Origin: an uncultured delta proteobacterium
Lineage (GTDB): Bacteria; Desulfobacterota; Binatia; Binatales; Binataceae
Direction of reading: 5' to 3'
NCBI GenBank assembly: GCA_963814715.1
Contig: CAWFDW010000001.1
Coordinates: 910,184-974,183 of the forward strand
Length of the DNA stretch: 64,000 nucleotides
A program made the translations under genes and the position numbers. Under the pieces are notes generated by a model. The model did not search any database. It was not told the origin of the DNA and saw only the letters and a program-made list of their open reading frames with translations. Shown piece by piece: positions 1 to 10,159 of this stretch (positions within the stretch are counted from its first letter, which is position 1; every line of letters starts with the position of its first letter).

Positions 1-1
1 G

Positions 2-775
2 ATCGAGCTGGCGTCGATCGGCGAAGTGACCGCGAATGAATCGAATATACCTGCTGAACTCGCGCAGGCCGACTCGGCCGGCGAACAGCCGAGTCTCCAT
101 ACGATAAACTCCGGCAGCTTCACGCAAGGAGATCGCAAAGGTCACGTGACGTTCGCCAGCACATCGACACCCGCGGGCGAGATGCTGGTTGCTCGTGTCG
201 CATTCAGCAATGGGTTGGCGACTGAGAGCCGCACGCTAGTCAATCGCGGCGCATCGCCGGCCACCATTTATCTGGATGATCGCAGCTTTGCTGCGAGCGG
301 CGCGATCGTTCGCAAGCATCTCATTTTCTTTCGCAAGGCCGCCTTCCCCGGCGATCCGGATAAGGAACTTCCCGCGGATCTGTATGGAGCGGACATGACG
401 CTCGGCGCGCTCCTGCCACGTCTGCTGCCCCAGGGAAGTGACGATTCGAGTTTCCATGTGATGGATTTTTCAGGTGACGTAAACCAGCTGACCATTCATC
501 GCGAAGGGACGATGACGGTTGCTCTGGGTGGCGACGACAAGAGCGCGATTCATGCGAAGCTAGATCCTATCGTCGATACTCCGATACTGCTGCGACCGCT
601 GGCCTACTTCTTCACACCGTCATTCGACGCCTACTTCGATGCCGATTCGAGCCATCGGCTGCTTAAGTTCGAGGGGCCGCTCGGCCCGCCGGGTGTTCCG
701 AATGCAACGATGCTCGCCGACGAGAAGTTATCGGGCTCTGCGGACGCTGTGGTAATTCCAAGGAATGGTGAGTGA
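2..775 (+). CDS. hypothetical protein, 5' end outside window
   Basis: The frame is open from nt 2 (IELASIGE...) through the GTG at 26 where the track starts, with the stop at 775. No motif I recognise. It overlaps the next gene by 11 nt, suggesting the same operon. Confidence 0.5.
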   Translation: MELASIGEVTANESNIPAELAQADSAGEQPSLHTINSGSFTQGDRKGHVTFASTSTPAGEMLVARVAFSNGLATESRTLVNRGASPATIYLDDRSFAASGAIVRKHLIFFRKAAFPGDPDKELPADLYGADMTLGALLPRLLPQGSDDSSFHVMDFSGDVNQLTIHREGTMTVALGGDDKSAIHAKLDPIVDTPILLRPLAYFFTPSFDAYFDADSSHRLLKFEGPLGPPGVPNATMLADEKLSGSADAVVIPRNGE

Positions 776-1754
776 CGCGGTAGCTGGAACACATGCCGCC
801 TTGCCGACGCGCCGGATACCGATCGATGTCATGCGCGCGGTGAGCATGCTCTACATCGTCGGATTTTGGCATTTGCTCGACTATACGAAAGTTGTGACAT
901 GGCATTATAACCCTGTCACCTATCGCCTCACGACTGGAGCACTTGCCCTTTTCGTCTTGATCTCTGGCTATCTAACAGGACGCAATGACGGTGGCCTGGC
1001 CAGCGGAGAAATATGGAGATTCTATAAGACGCGTTTCTGGCGCATCTATCTCCCTTTCTTGATCGCGTCCGGTCTGTTTCTGGCGGCAGGCGTGAGCGAT
1101 GCCCTTGCGCTCTTCAAGGGCGCCACACTCGTCGGCATGCTACTCGCACCGCCGCCGTTCACACTGTGGTTCGTAAACATGATCCTTCTGTTCTATCTGA
1201 TTGCTCCGCTGCTGATCAGCTTGCGTGGGAACTCAGTGGCTTACATCGCCCTATGCACCGCGATCGTCGGAGCGATGGTTCTCTATCAAGAGGCGACTGG
1301 AAGGATAGACATACGCCTTATTCTCTATTTCCCTTGCTTCGCTGCGGGTATATTTCTAGCCGCCCGGCCGCTGCCGTCATCGACGCTAAGTCTCATCGGC
1401 CTCCTACTTCTCGCCGCCGTGTCTCTCGTGCCTACGCTGGCACGACCTTCCTGGAGTTTGGAGGGTGATCCATGGGCGATGCCTTGGGCGCTTTTCGGAT
1501 CTATCGCAGTCTTTGTTGTCGTCATGCACGCTGGTCGGAATCTAAAATCGCCCGCGATTCTCATGCAGTTCAGTGAGGCAAGCTTCTTCATGTACCTTCT
1601 GCATCGTCCCCTCTATCTTTGGATGCAGACTGTTTGGTTTCCAGGTACCGAGGGAGCGCAGGTTACTTTATCTGTTGTTCGTATGTCTGCCGATTATCGG
1701 GATCGTGGCATGGCTTTGCCAGAGAGCTTACACAGGATTTCTGCAACGACGTGA
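765..1754 (+). CDS. integral-membrane acyltransferase (acyltransferase-3 / OafA-like family); C-terminus possibly frameshifted
   Basis: ATG at 765. The N-terminus RRIPIDVMRAVSMLYIVGFWHLLDY resembles the family's conserved start (R-x-x-hD-x-hR-x-x-A-h-h-h-V-x-x-H). Multiple hydrophobic helices follow. The final hydrophobic helix appears only in the +1 frame (see finding). Confidence 0.7.
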   Translation: MVSDAVAGTHAALPTRRIPIDVMRAVSMLYIVGFWHLLDYTKVVTWHYNPVTYRLTTGALALFVLISGYLTGRNDGGLASGEIWRFYKTRFWRIYLPFLIASGLFLAAGVSDALALFKGATLVGMLLAPPPFTLWFVNMILLFYLIAPLLISLRGNSVAYIALCTAIVGAMVLYQEATGRIDIRLILYFPCFAAGIFLAARPLPSSTLSLIGLLLLAAVSLVPTLARPSWSLEGDPWAMPWALFGSIAVFVVVMHAGRNLKSPAILMQFSEASFFMYLLHRPLYLWMQTVWFPGTEGAQVTLSVVRMSADYRDRGMALPESLHRISATT

Positions 1755-1821
1755 GGTTCGAATCGCAGCACCTACTCGCGCTCTTCTATAGTCTTACAAG
1801 AGCCTGCGGCACAGACGGTTA

Positions 1822-1856
1822 GGCGGCCTGGCGGTAGCATCGCCCGCCAGGCCGCC
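1822..1856. terminator. GC-rich hairpin between convergent genes (candidate bidirectional terminator)
   Basis: Perfect 13-bp inverted repeat: ggcggcctggcgg (1822-1834) and ccgccaggccgcc (1844-1856), with a 9-nt loop. It lies between the acyltransferase end and the tautomerase end. No U-tract. Confidence 0.5.
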
Positions 1857-1862
1857 CCGAAC

Positions 1863-2090
1863 TCAGCCTGCAGCTTTGCCGGCTGCGAGTGCTTTGACTG
1901 CCTCAGTCGTCATAGCTTTTCCTCCGATTCCCCAGTCACCGCTCCTCACTTCCTCGATTATGACCGAGGTCACGCCGCGCATGTTCTCCCCTTCGATCGA
2001 AACCATCGCGTCGGTCAACTTTTCGATGATCTCTTTCTTCTGTTTCGCCGAGAACACGTCTTCGATTAAACGAACCTGAATCAGTGGCAT
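1863..2090 (-). CDS. 4-oxalocrotonate tautomerase family protein
   Basis: 75 aa with Pro directly after Met (MPLIQVRLIED...). The length and the beta-alpha-beta pattern (KKEIIEKLTDAMVSIEG) are typical of tautomerase-superfamily monomers. Confidence 0.85.
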   Translation of the reverse strand: MPLIQVRLIEDVFSAKQKKEIIEKLTDAMVSIEGENMRGVTSVIIEEVRSGDWGIGGKAMTTEAVKALAAGKAAG

Positions 2091-2246
2091 CTTCTTTCTC
2101 CTCTTACTCGATATTTCTCTTAAGTCCTTCAGTCGCTCGTCTAGGAGCCAAATTTCGCCGGCCCGGGATCCGGCTCACATGGTTCACGATCGAGACGCCA
2201 TGCTACGGCCGCCGTCGGTGGGATGCAGCACGAATTGATGAGAAAT

Positions 2247-4223
2247 TTATGAGATTTCGGGGAGGGTTCGCTGACCAACTCCGGACTTTGGGGTCTTGTA
2301 GAGATAGCCGTGCCCATGCACGGTCTCGATGACCTCGGCGAAAGCTCCGAGTTTCTTCCGCAGAGATGCAACGATCGTGTCGACGACGTTTCCGCCGCTG
2401 TTGTGCTTGATGCCCCACACGTCGTTGAGCAATTCGATCCTGGTTACTGCTTCCCCCTCTCTAAGTGTCAAATAGCGCATCAGCTCGAATTCTTTTCGAG
2501 TGAGCTTGGTCGTTCTCCCGGAGAGGATCAGCGACCTGCGCCGCTCGTCGAGAAGTCCGTCCTGCTCCGCGCCGAGTTCGGTGGCCGCCAGTCGCGCGAG
2601 CCATCCATTGACCGATCGCGGACCCATATCGAGTTCGAGACCCGAAAATCTTTCGTCCCCGATAGCCGCGGCGAGGTCGTCAACAACATGGATGCCCAGC
2701 GCGGAAGCCACCTTCTCATAGGGCGTGAAATTCTTCAGTGCCAGATAAATGCGCTGCAAAAACGGACGCCGTTCCATGTAATGTCGTTTGATATCCAGCC
2801 ACGCAGCAGCTTGAACGGGCGATGGCGCTTCGCCGTGCTCGCGGCTGAGCCAGCGGCGCAGAAAAAGCGCGGTCTGCCCCTTGGGGAGCGGACTTCTCCT
2901 AAGGTGCCGCGCCCATGAGGATGCGAGCGGATCGCGTTCGAGCAAGCTTGGAGCGGCGTCCCTCGGATCAAACAGACAATAGAAGCCCGCAACTTGCGCG
3001 TGCGCATCGCGGATCACATAGAACGCATCCGGTAGGTGCTTCCGCCAGCGCTCGATAATCCTCGCTCCCGGATCGCCATCGTGCGCCGCTGCGATCTCCA
3101 GTATCGCCGAGGCGTCGCCCGCTCCCGCACGTTCGACGTAGAATTGCGCAACATCACGAGGAAAGAACGCTTCACGAACCACGGGATTGTCGATCAGAAA
3201 AATCAGGTCCGCGGTGTAGCGCCACAAATCAAGACTCGCGGCCGATTTCGCTTCGTGAGCAAGCTGTTGCCATGCTGCTCGCCGATACCTCTGGAAGGCC
3301 TTGGGATCGATCGCCTCAAGGTCGGCGCGAATCGCTTCTCGTGCCGCATCGTGAATTATCAAACCGTCGCGGGCGGGCTCGACGAACGGGATCCTGGTGA
3401 GTCGATCAAACAAAGCGTCGTCGGCCGTGTCGGGAATTAGCGCGCGTAGCAGGCTGCGCGTTACCCGCCGGGCCACCGACGCTGCGCGCAGAGCTTCACG
3501 CAGTTGCGGATCCTCGACTTCCTCCAGAAATCTGTGCGCCAGAGTGCTGATCGCGGTGTGCGGTGTACGACCGGCCACCGTCGGAAGCTCCATTGCGGCA
3601 GCCCCACCGATGACAAGCGCCAGCGGATGGCCATGTGCGAACTTGGCAAGCTCGTGGATGCTGGCCGGATCAGTCCCGAGACTTGCCAGCAATTCCAGCG
3701 CCGCCGACTCACTGATCGGCTGCAATTGGAATGAACGGAATTCGCCGCGCCATTCGGGGGCCTCCGTCCATTGCGGCGCGGGCGAGAAACGGCTCACGAG
3801 AATGAGGCGGACGTTGTTTTTGAGTCCAACCATGAAACTCTGACGCAGCCAGGCATCCAGCAGGCCGAGAAGCTCATAGGAATCCAGGATGATCAGCACC
3901 GGTTTGGCGACCGCGGACAAGGCTCGTGAGATTTTCCTTAGCGTCGGGCGCTCGATTCGCATGCCGCGCGAGAGTTCATGCACAAAGCCGCGCTCCGTGG
4001 GCTCGAACTCGCTCCCATCCAGCGAGAGAACGGTTCGCCTTCTGTTCCGCTCAACGTTCGCAAACGCGCGAATCAAGGTGGACTTGCCGATGCCGGAAAC
4101 TCCGTGGATATGAACCACCCGCGGCCCGCCGATGCGCATCATCTCGTGCAGCAGGCTCAATTCTCGATCTCGTCCGAAGAGACCGCCGGGTGTGGTTTCC
4201 CGCTTTGCTGCGCTTCTCGACAT
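2247..4223 (-). CDS. P-loop ATPase fused to a C-terminal OmpR/PhoB-type winged-helix DNA-binding domain (transcriptional regulator)
   Basis: Walker A is HGVSGIGKST and a Walker-B-like stretch is LIILDSYE. The C-terminus LTRKEFELMRYLTLREGEAVTRIELLNDVWG...VDTIVASLRKKLG...IETVHGHGYLY is a Trans_reg_C motif. The start is set at MSRS (4223), which has GGAG 9 nt upstream; the track start is 4310. Confidence 0.75.
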   Translation of the reverse strand: MSRSAAKRETTPGGLFGRDRELSLLHEMMRIGGPRVVHIHGVSGIGKSTLIRAFANVERNRRRTVLSLDGSEFEPTERGFVHELSRGMRIERPTLRKISRALSAVAKPVLIILDSYELLGLLDAWLRQSFMVGLKNNVRLILVSRFSPAPQWTEAPEWRGEFRSFQLQPISESAALELLASLGTDPASIHELAKFAHGHPLALVIGGAAAMELPTVAGRTPHTAISTLAHRFLEEVEDPQLREALRAASVARRVTRSLLRALIPDTADDALFDRLTRIPFVEPARDGLIIHDAAREAIRADLEAIDPKAFQRYRRAAWQQLAHEAKSAASLDLWRYTADLIFLIDNPVVREAFFPRDVAQFYVERAGAGDASAILEIAAAHDGDPGARIIERWRKHLPDAFYVIRDAHAQVAGFYCLFDPRDAAPSLLERDPLASSWARHLRRSPLPKGQTALFLRRWLSREHGEAPSPVQAAAWLDIKRHYMERRPFLQRIYLALKNFTPYEKVASALGIHVVDDLAAAIGDERFSGLELDMGPRSVNGWLARLAATELGAEQDGLLDERRRSLILSGRTTKLTRKEFELMRYLTLREGEAVTRIELLNDVWGIKHNSGGNVVDTIVASLRKKLGAFAEVIETVHGHGYLYKTPKSGVGQRTLPEIS

Positions 4224-4760
4224 GACAGTCTCCATTCCCTGGCGGTCGAATTCCCGCTCCGGAGAAAACAAAACGTGAGCGATGGTCTCGTTAGTCGAGA
4301 AGGCTAGCATCTACCACGGATGCACAGAACCGAACGTCCCGGAACTGAACTGTCGACAGCACGCGCGGGCAAGTATGCGCTCATGGTGCCCCAACGCGTG
4401 CCTCGTCCCGGGTTAAGCGCCAACCCCCGCAGCAAATTTCGGTGGTCGACTGGATCTTCCCTCGAATTTTGAAACCGCCTTCATCGCCGCAACAAGAAGG
4501 TTCGTTTTTACCGCCAGCTATACCATCGCCAGCTATTGCCATACTGCCGGCACTCGTTGCCGTCGATGTCTCGAAATCGCTACGCGTTGTGCTGTTGAAT
4601 CCATTGGCCCCGGCGTCCCTGATACCATTCGTCTTGATTGGCTATGAGCAAGTCGGGCGCTAGAACAAACGAACAGAACAGAACCACAACAGTTGCTAAA
4701 GTTCCCGTTCTCATTGTTTCTCTCTAAAGAGGAGTCGATCGTCCGTGTTTAGTATTCGGT

Positions 4761-5783
4761 TTACGCCACGTGTTTTGTGGGATTCTCCGCGCGAGTCGCC
4801 GAATAGGTCGAGGTGTCATTCGAAGCAAAACTATCCGCAGAGGAGTGGGGCACGGCGATCGGCCTCCCTACCTTGATCTGACGGGATCGAAGCGCGATCA
4901 CGCGCTCGGGCACTCCTAAGTCGCTCCACTCAACGTCGGATATAGACATGACCGCGAATTTATCCGGTCGCCCCGCTAGAACCGATTGGCTGAAGTCCGC
5001 CCGGGCCATGCGGGAATAGATGGCCCGGATCATGACTTCTTCAAGCGTGTGACCGAGGGCACTTTGAGCGACGTTCATTGCGGCGTACGTGCTCGGAAGA
5101 GCGCTCGCAATCGTACCTATAAGCGATGAAACAGTCCCCACGATGATGAAGGTGTTCAACAGACAAGCGCGGCAAAAAAGCTCTCTGGCTATGTGCAAGG
5201 GGGGCTTTTCCCAGAAGCGGGAGATTCGAAGTACGGGAGGCTCCGCGCCATTCGAGATTAGCGCACCCGGTTCGATCCATCCGTAACCGAGTTCTGCTTC
5301 GAAGGGGGCGACACCGAGTACTATCGGCGTCTCAGGGTGCCTTAGAGTCGCGTCGAACGCCGAATCGACGTACTGCATAAAACGGTCATCGCCACCTACG
5401 TAGTGATCGGAGGGAAAGATTGCCACCAATGCGTTCGGCGAACGCTTCGCGATAACTAATAGCGCGTAGAGAATCCCCGGTGCCGTTCCCAGGTTGTCGG
5501 GTTGAATGAGTAGTTCCAGGTCTGGCCGTGTGTTCGAAATAGCCGAGTAGAAACCCTGATGTGCGCGGTTCACCACGACCAGCGTCCGTTCTGCCGCCAG
5601 GCGTAGCGAAACCCGTGCGAGCGTTTGTTCGAGCAGCGTCGTCGTTCCGATGATGGGGAAATACTGTTTGGGACATTCGCGACCCGCTATCCGATGGATG
5701 TAAGAACGCAATCTCGTTCCCTCTCCGCCGGCCAGAATCACTGCCCATCGATCCTTCTCTCCCAATTTCAATGGCCTGTTCAT
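4761..5783 (-). CDS. mannose-1-phosphate guanylyltransferase-like nucleotidyltransferase
   Basis: The N-terminus WAVILAGGEGTRLRS...PKQYFPI is the sugar-phosphate nucleotidyltransferase signature. AAGGAG lies 7 nt upstream of the ATG. Confidence 0.8.
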   Translation of the reverse strand: MNRPLKLGEKDRWAVILAGGEGTRLRSYIHRIAGRECPKQYFPIIGTTTLLEQTLARVSLRLAAERTLVVVNRAHQGFYSAISNTRPDLELLIQPDNLGTAPGILYALLVIAKRSPNALVAIFPSDHYVGGDDRFMQYVDSAFDATLRHPETPIVLGVAPFEAELGYGWIEPGALISNGAEPPVLRISRFWEKPPLHIARELFCRACLLNTFIIVGTVSSLIGTIASALPSTYAAMNVAQSALGHTLEEVMIRAIYSRMARADFSQSVLAGRPDKFAVMSISDVEWSDLGVPERVIALRSRQIKVGRPIAVPHSSADSFASNDTSTYSATRAENPTKHVA

Positions 5784-6004
5784 TTCCTGCTCCTTCCCAC
5801 GATGTGAAATCTCGGTCTAATTCGGACAACTGAACTCATCTCGGGCCGGCGAGCCGCTGCAGCGCGCCTGGTGCAGCGGCTCGCCCTTCAGGGGGTGATG
5901 GAGGGAGGTATGGGGCGCACCGGTTGAAGGTCTTAGGTCTGGAACGCCTCGTTCACGTGATAACTTGTTTCGCGAGATCGAAACGCGAGCGCGTGGCTTG
6001 TCGT

Positions 6005-6400
6005 TCATCGGACGTCGCCCTCGTCGGATGCCGGCGTGTCGTTATGCTGTGCCGCCGCCTCTTTCTTGCTTTCGTTCTCATCACCAGAGGCTCCCGCGGC
6101 CGAGGCGCTCCCTGCTCCTGCCGGTTTGTTGAGCTGGTCCAATGCGTCTTCAACAGAACCCGGCATGCTTTGAGCAGAAGCTTCCTCGGCTTCGGTGCCT
6201 TGGCTAGCGCTTTCAGATGTTTCTGCGGCTGCCTCTTTCGGAACGGAGCTGGCCGCAGCCTCTGGAGTGGCGGCAGCTTGTGCGGCGGGCGCCGGCGCAG
6301 GACTCTCCTCGGCGATACTCGCCTTCGGCCACGCGATGTCAGCGAACAGCAAGCCCACTAACGCCAGACCGCTGACAATAATTAAGACGGCACGTTTCAT
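6005..6400 (-). CDS. secreted or membrane-anchored acidic low-complexity protein
   Basis: N-terminal hydrophobic segment MKRAVLIIVSGLALVGLLF, then an Ala/Glu/Ser/Pro-rich disordered sequence. No known domain. Confidence 0.5.
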   Translation of the reverse strand: MKRAVLIIVSGLALVGLLFADIAWPKASIAEESPAPAPAAQAAATPEAAASSVPKEAAAETSESASQGTEAEEASAQSMPGSVEDALDQLNKPAGAGSASAAGASGDENESKKEAAAQHNDTPASDEGDVR

Positions 6401-6979
6401 AACTTTTCACCTTCGAGTTATATCGAGCTTCTTGTTTCTCAGATGAGGTGTCACCTCAAAGCTTGAGCAAGGAGCGGACCATCGGGAAAAGGCCGACAGA
6501 CTCAGGCAGGACGATCAGATCTGCGGGGCGAATTGCTACGCTGGCCGAGGCGGTTCACCACGTTATTCGAATCCGCGCTGCTGCTTTCTTTAAGTGATCG
6601 AGCTCGCGCAGCGGAAAGTATCGGCGGGAGCAGGGAAATCAGGACAGAGATGTTTTGGTCCGGGGTTGGCCGCGAGCTTGCAAGGAAATTGCCAGGAAGG
6701 GCAACGTGGCCAACGCACTATCCACCACACGTTCAACAAAGTGCCACGACGTCCGAAAGATGAAATTCAGACGAGAGGCTATCGTTTATGACCGGGTTCT
6801 ACTGGCATTGTGCGTAGGCACCGCAATCTTCGGGCTCGTCGCACTCATTTTCCTTGATTGAGCACACGTCCTGCACATCGCCGTTTCTCCCGAGTATCGC
6901 CGCGCTGCTACGGCAGGGTTCCGGCAATGGCGGCAAGCCAAAGTCGCAACGATTCTATTAGCCGGGGCCCCCAACTATA

Positions 6980-8437
6980 ATGTGGTTCGTGCGAGTCGGC
7001 ACTCGCGTGACATTTGTGTTGCTACTGGCTCTAGCGCCCGCGGTGGCAACCTACACCTATTGGAGCGTCCAGCGATCGACGCGAACGTATATCAATGATC
7101 TGAAGCGCGAAACCCGTGCGACCACTCGGGGACTGGCACCCGCTCTGGAAAATGAGTTCAGCGAAGGTCGCTGGGATCAGATTCGAAGTGTCCTCACCCG
7201 GATCAGCACTGAAGGCACTGAAAGCGCGCTACTCGGTCGCGATGGCAAGCTCTGGTACGCTCCGCATGACTTCCCATCTGAATTGACTCCGAATTCCCAG
7301 GAGTTCGAGCGCACAAACTCGAAAGGTTTTGCCGAATTTGAGCGTACCGCGGGTGGACCACAGTGGTTTTGTCGGCTGATACCACTGAGCAACCGGAGTG
7401 GACAGCTTATCGGTTACCTGCTGCTCGCCCAGGACTGGACCGATATCAACAATGACTTGAGAGCGCGCACACTGGTGTCAGTCACTGCCGCACTGGTGCT
7501 GGTTGCGGGCATCGCCACGATCATACCGCTAGTAGTCCGGCGTTATGTTACTCGACCGCTGGCCGAGTTGACCGAAAGAGTGACGCACTTCTCCAAGGAA
7601 GGAGAATTTGGGAAAACTCCCGCCGCCGACGAAGTACGACTGCTCACCGAGGAATTTTGGAGCCTCGACGACCAGCTGGTAAAGGCGCGCGCCGATCTGG
7701 TTGAGAGACATCACCGGGAACTCGAACTCGAGCGAAGACTACAACACGCGGAAAGACTCGCCACCATCGGCACCCTGGCGTCCGGACTGGCCCACGAAAT
7801 TGGTACGCCGATGGGCGTCATTCGTGCTCGAGCAGAGTATCTGCTGAAGTTCAAGCTGCCACTGGCGAAGAGTCAGGAAGGCCTCGAGATCATCGTCGGA
7901 CAAAGCGATCGGATTTCGCGGATTGTGAGAATGCTCCTGAACTACGCGCGCCCTCGCGAATCGCTCAGAGTTGCCTGCGATGTGCGGCCCATCGTCGAAC
8001 ACGCGCTAATTCTGGTGGAAACAGAAGCCGCGCGACGCAACGTAGAAGTCGTAAAAGAACTGGGAGACAAGCCGCTGATGGTGGACTGTGACGGCGACCA
8101 GTTGCAGCAGGTTTTTGTGAATCTGGCGATAAATGCACTCGACGCCATGGCTATCAACGGTGGAGTTTTTCGGGTGACCGCCGAAACCCAGAACTCCGAA
8201 CCACGCCTTAAGATCACTTTTGAAGACACAGGGACTGGAGTCTCGCCGGAGCACAGAGGTAGCGTCTTCGATCCTTTCTTTACCACCAAGGAGCCGGGCA
8301 AAGGCACGGGGATGGGCCTGGCCGTGAGCCAATCTATAATGCGCGACCACAACGGTGAAATAACATTCGATTCCGGACCGTCGGGTACTCGATTTTATGT
8401 TACGCTGCCAATGACACAAACAAACGCGTACTCCTAG
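6980..8437 (+). CDS. sensor histidine kinase (TM-periplasmic-TM, HAMP, HisKA, HATPase_c)
   Basis: H-box RLATIGTLASGLAHEIGTPMG, N-box QVFVNLAINALDAM, and G-boxes DTGTGV and GKGTGMGLAV. Two TM segments flank a region of about 140 aa. Confidence 0.9.
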   Translation: MWFVRVGTRVTFVLLLALAPAVATYTYWSVQRSTRTYINDLKRETRATTRGLAPALENEFSEGRWDQIRSVLTRISTEGTESALLGRDGKLWYAPHDFPSELTPNSQEFERTNSKGFAEFERTAGGPQWFCRLIPLSNRSGQLIGYLLLAQDWTDINNDLRARTLVSVTAALVLVAGIATIIPLVVRRYVTRPLAELTERVTHFSKEGEFGKTPAADEVRLLTEEFWSLDDQLVKARADLVERHHRELELERRLQHAERLATIGTLASGLAHEIGTPMGVIRARAEYLLKFKLPLAKSQEGLEIIVGQSDRISRIVRMLLNYARPRESLRVACDVRPIVEHALILVETEAARRNVEVVKELGDKPLMVDCDGDQLQQVFVNLAINALDAMAINGGVFRVTAETQNSEPRLKITFEDTGTGVSPEHRGSVFDPFFTTKEPGKGTGMGLAVSQSIMRDHNGEITFDSGPSGTRFYVTLPMTQTNAYS

Positions 8438-8586
8438 GTACTCAGCGACCACTTGTTTGTGTGCGTAGCGGAACGCCACACCTGCTGCGGCGTTCCTCCC
8501 CTCTCTCCTCTCGGCTCTCATGCGATTTTCCAAATGCGCAAGAACGCGCCGCGCGTGACAATTGCAGATTCAGTTGACCGCTCAAG

Positions 8587-8603
8587 AAGGCGTAGTTCTT
8601 GCA
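8587..8603 (+). promoter_or_regulatory. sigma-54 (-24/-12) promoter-like element upstream of DUF1329 gene
   Basis: aaGGCgtagttctTGCAc has GG at 8589-8590 and GC at 8601-8602, which is the canonical spacing, and the -12 TTGCA is perfect. It sits about 88 nt upstream of ATG 8691, between a HK and an NtrC-type activator gene. Confidence 0.4.
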
Positions 8604-8690
8604 CAAATGTTCGAGAGAGAGCGCCGCGCACAACCTGTTGCAGACGCGCGCGTTTCCTTGGAGTCAGTCCACCTCAATAGAGAGTCGAAC

Positions 8691-10004
8691 ATGTCCAGAA
8701 TTAAATCATTAAAAAATTGTAGCGGGCTTCTGCTGGCGCTTGCGTTGCTGGCGACTTACGCGCCTTGCTTCGCCGAGGTCCAGCCTGGAGACCTCATCAC
8801 ACCCGATAACGCTGCCAAGGTCAAAGAGCTGGTATCGCCCGGAGTGTACTACAAAGTCGTCAACGGAATGTCGATGAAGATCGCTGCGACCGAACGAATC
8901 GAATGGCCGCCGCCATTCTTGAACGCGACCGAAAAATACCATGGGCAGGTCCGGCTCTCGCAGGATGGCCGGAGCCTTGTTGGCTACGTGGCTGGCCAGC
9001 CGTTTCCGTTTATCGACGCCAACGATCCGCAAGCGGCCAGCAAGATCATGTGGAACAACGCGTTCCGCCCGATCACATCCGATGACTACGATCTGCGCAA
9101 CTATGGATGCGACAGTGTGTATACCACCAAAGGCGGCGCGCCTCGCGTGATTGATCACTTCCAGATCGGACACTATGCCGGTTATGCATTGATAGGCAGG
9201 ACCGAGGTCGAGCCGATGCCGGCTGACCCTGACTTCAAGAAGACCGGCCGCTACTGGCTATTCGGCCTGTATCCAATTCTGGAGCCGCAGTCGCTGCATG
9301 GTAGTGGATTCATCCGATGGCGCTATGCCGATCCGAATCGCGGTGATGACAGCTGGAGCTGGACCACCGGCAGCCGACGCGTCCGGCGCTTGAATGAATC
9401 AATCCTGAGTTCCGCGGTGGCGCCGGCGACCGGACGCTCCGCCAGCATGACGACATTCGATCCGGACCATTATTCGGGATTTAATCCGAAGGTCGAGCAG
9501 TACGACTACAAGTTCCTGGGCGAGCGCACGATGCTCGCGCCGGTGAACATCGCCAACTCGCCCGCGCTTCAGTGCAAGAGCGACGGCGGCGCCAGCGCGT
9601 GCGCCGAGAACTGGCAGAAGCGTCACGTCTACATGGTCGAGGCAACTCCGCGCGCCGGTCATGCGGGGCAGGCGCTGCATGGCAAGACAGTCGTGTATAT
9701 CGACAATCAGATGTGGTTCAATCCGTACGTCGATAGCTACGACCAGTCCGGCCATCTCTGGCAGAACCACATCTACTGGATGACCTATCGCGATCGGCCG
9801 GTGCCCGACGCGCGAATCGCGATCTATCCTTTCAAGCGTGAGTTCGTGGTCGGTGCGGCGGCGACCGATGTCCAGACTGGCGCGGCGACGATGTGCTACT
9901 TGCCGGATCGCAACTCGCCCGAGCGCGAGACCTGGTACATCAATATGGGCGCGGTCGATCGCGAGTTCTTCACGACCAACGCAATGGTCCGCGCGGCTCA
10001 GTAG
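8691..10004 (+). CDS. DUF1329 family periplasmic / outer-membrane-associated protein
   Basis: Start set at MSRIKSLKNCSGLLLALALLA (signal peptide). The track's start at 8562 adds 43 aa with no signal. Motifs PGDLITPDNAAKVKELVSPG and GQPFPFIDANDPQAASKIMWN are typical of DUF1329. Paralogue at 39139-40431. Confidence 0.85.
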   Translation: MSRIKSLKNCSGLLLALALLATYAPCFAEVQPGDLITPDNAAKVKELVSPGVYYKVVNGMSMKIAATERIEWPPPFLNATEKYHGQVRLSQDGRSLVGYVAGQPFPFIDANDPQAASKIMWNNAFRPITSDDYDLRNYGCDSVYTTKGGAPRVIDHFQIGHYAGYALIGRTEVEPMPADPDFKKTGRYWLFGLYPILEPQSLHGSGFIRWRYADPNRGDDSWSWTTGSRRVRRLNESILSSAVAPATGRSASMTTFDPDHYSGFNPKVEQYDYKFLGERTMLAPVNIANSPALQCKSDGGASACAENWQKRHVYMVEATPRAGHAGQALHGKTVVYIDNQMWFNPYVDSYDQSGHLWQNHIYWMTYRDRPVPDARIAIYPFKREFVVGAAATDVQTGAATMCYLPDRNSPERETWYINMGAVDREFFTTNAMVRAAQ

Positions 10005-10159
10005 ACGGCGCGCGCCGCGTCGGCGAAGGCTTGAGTCCCGATAATGTCCGACATTTATCGCGTCCAGCCTCGACGACTGCAATAAAAAGTGGAAATGGAA
10101 AGTATCGGCACGCCGGATACCCATCCAGGGTCTCCAGACCATGCTGCCGAGGTACGACC

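Noticed and set aside
4580-4714. 44-aa minus-strand ORF with a signal-like N-terminus (MRTGTLATVVVLFCSFVLAPDLL...)
   Set aside because: Weak RBS, below the track's length cut-off, and no homology evidence available. Plausible small secreted peptide but not supportable.
8562-8690. 43-aa N-terminal extension of the first DUF1329 ORF
   Set aside because: The signal peptide starts at the internal ATG 8691, and the extension contains the sigma-54 promoter-like site.
9399-10142. 247-aa ORF antisense to DUF1329
   Set aside because: Arg/His-rich with no motif, and opposite a strongly supported gene.
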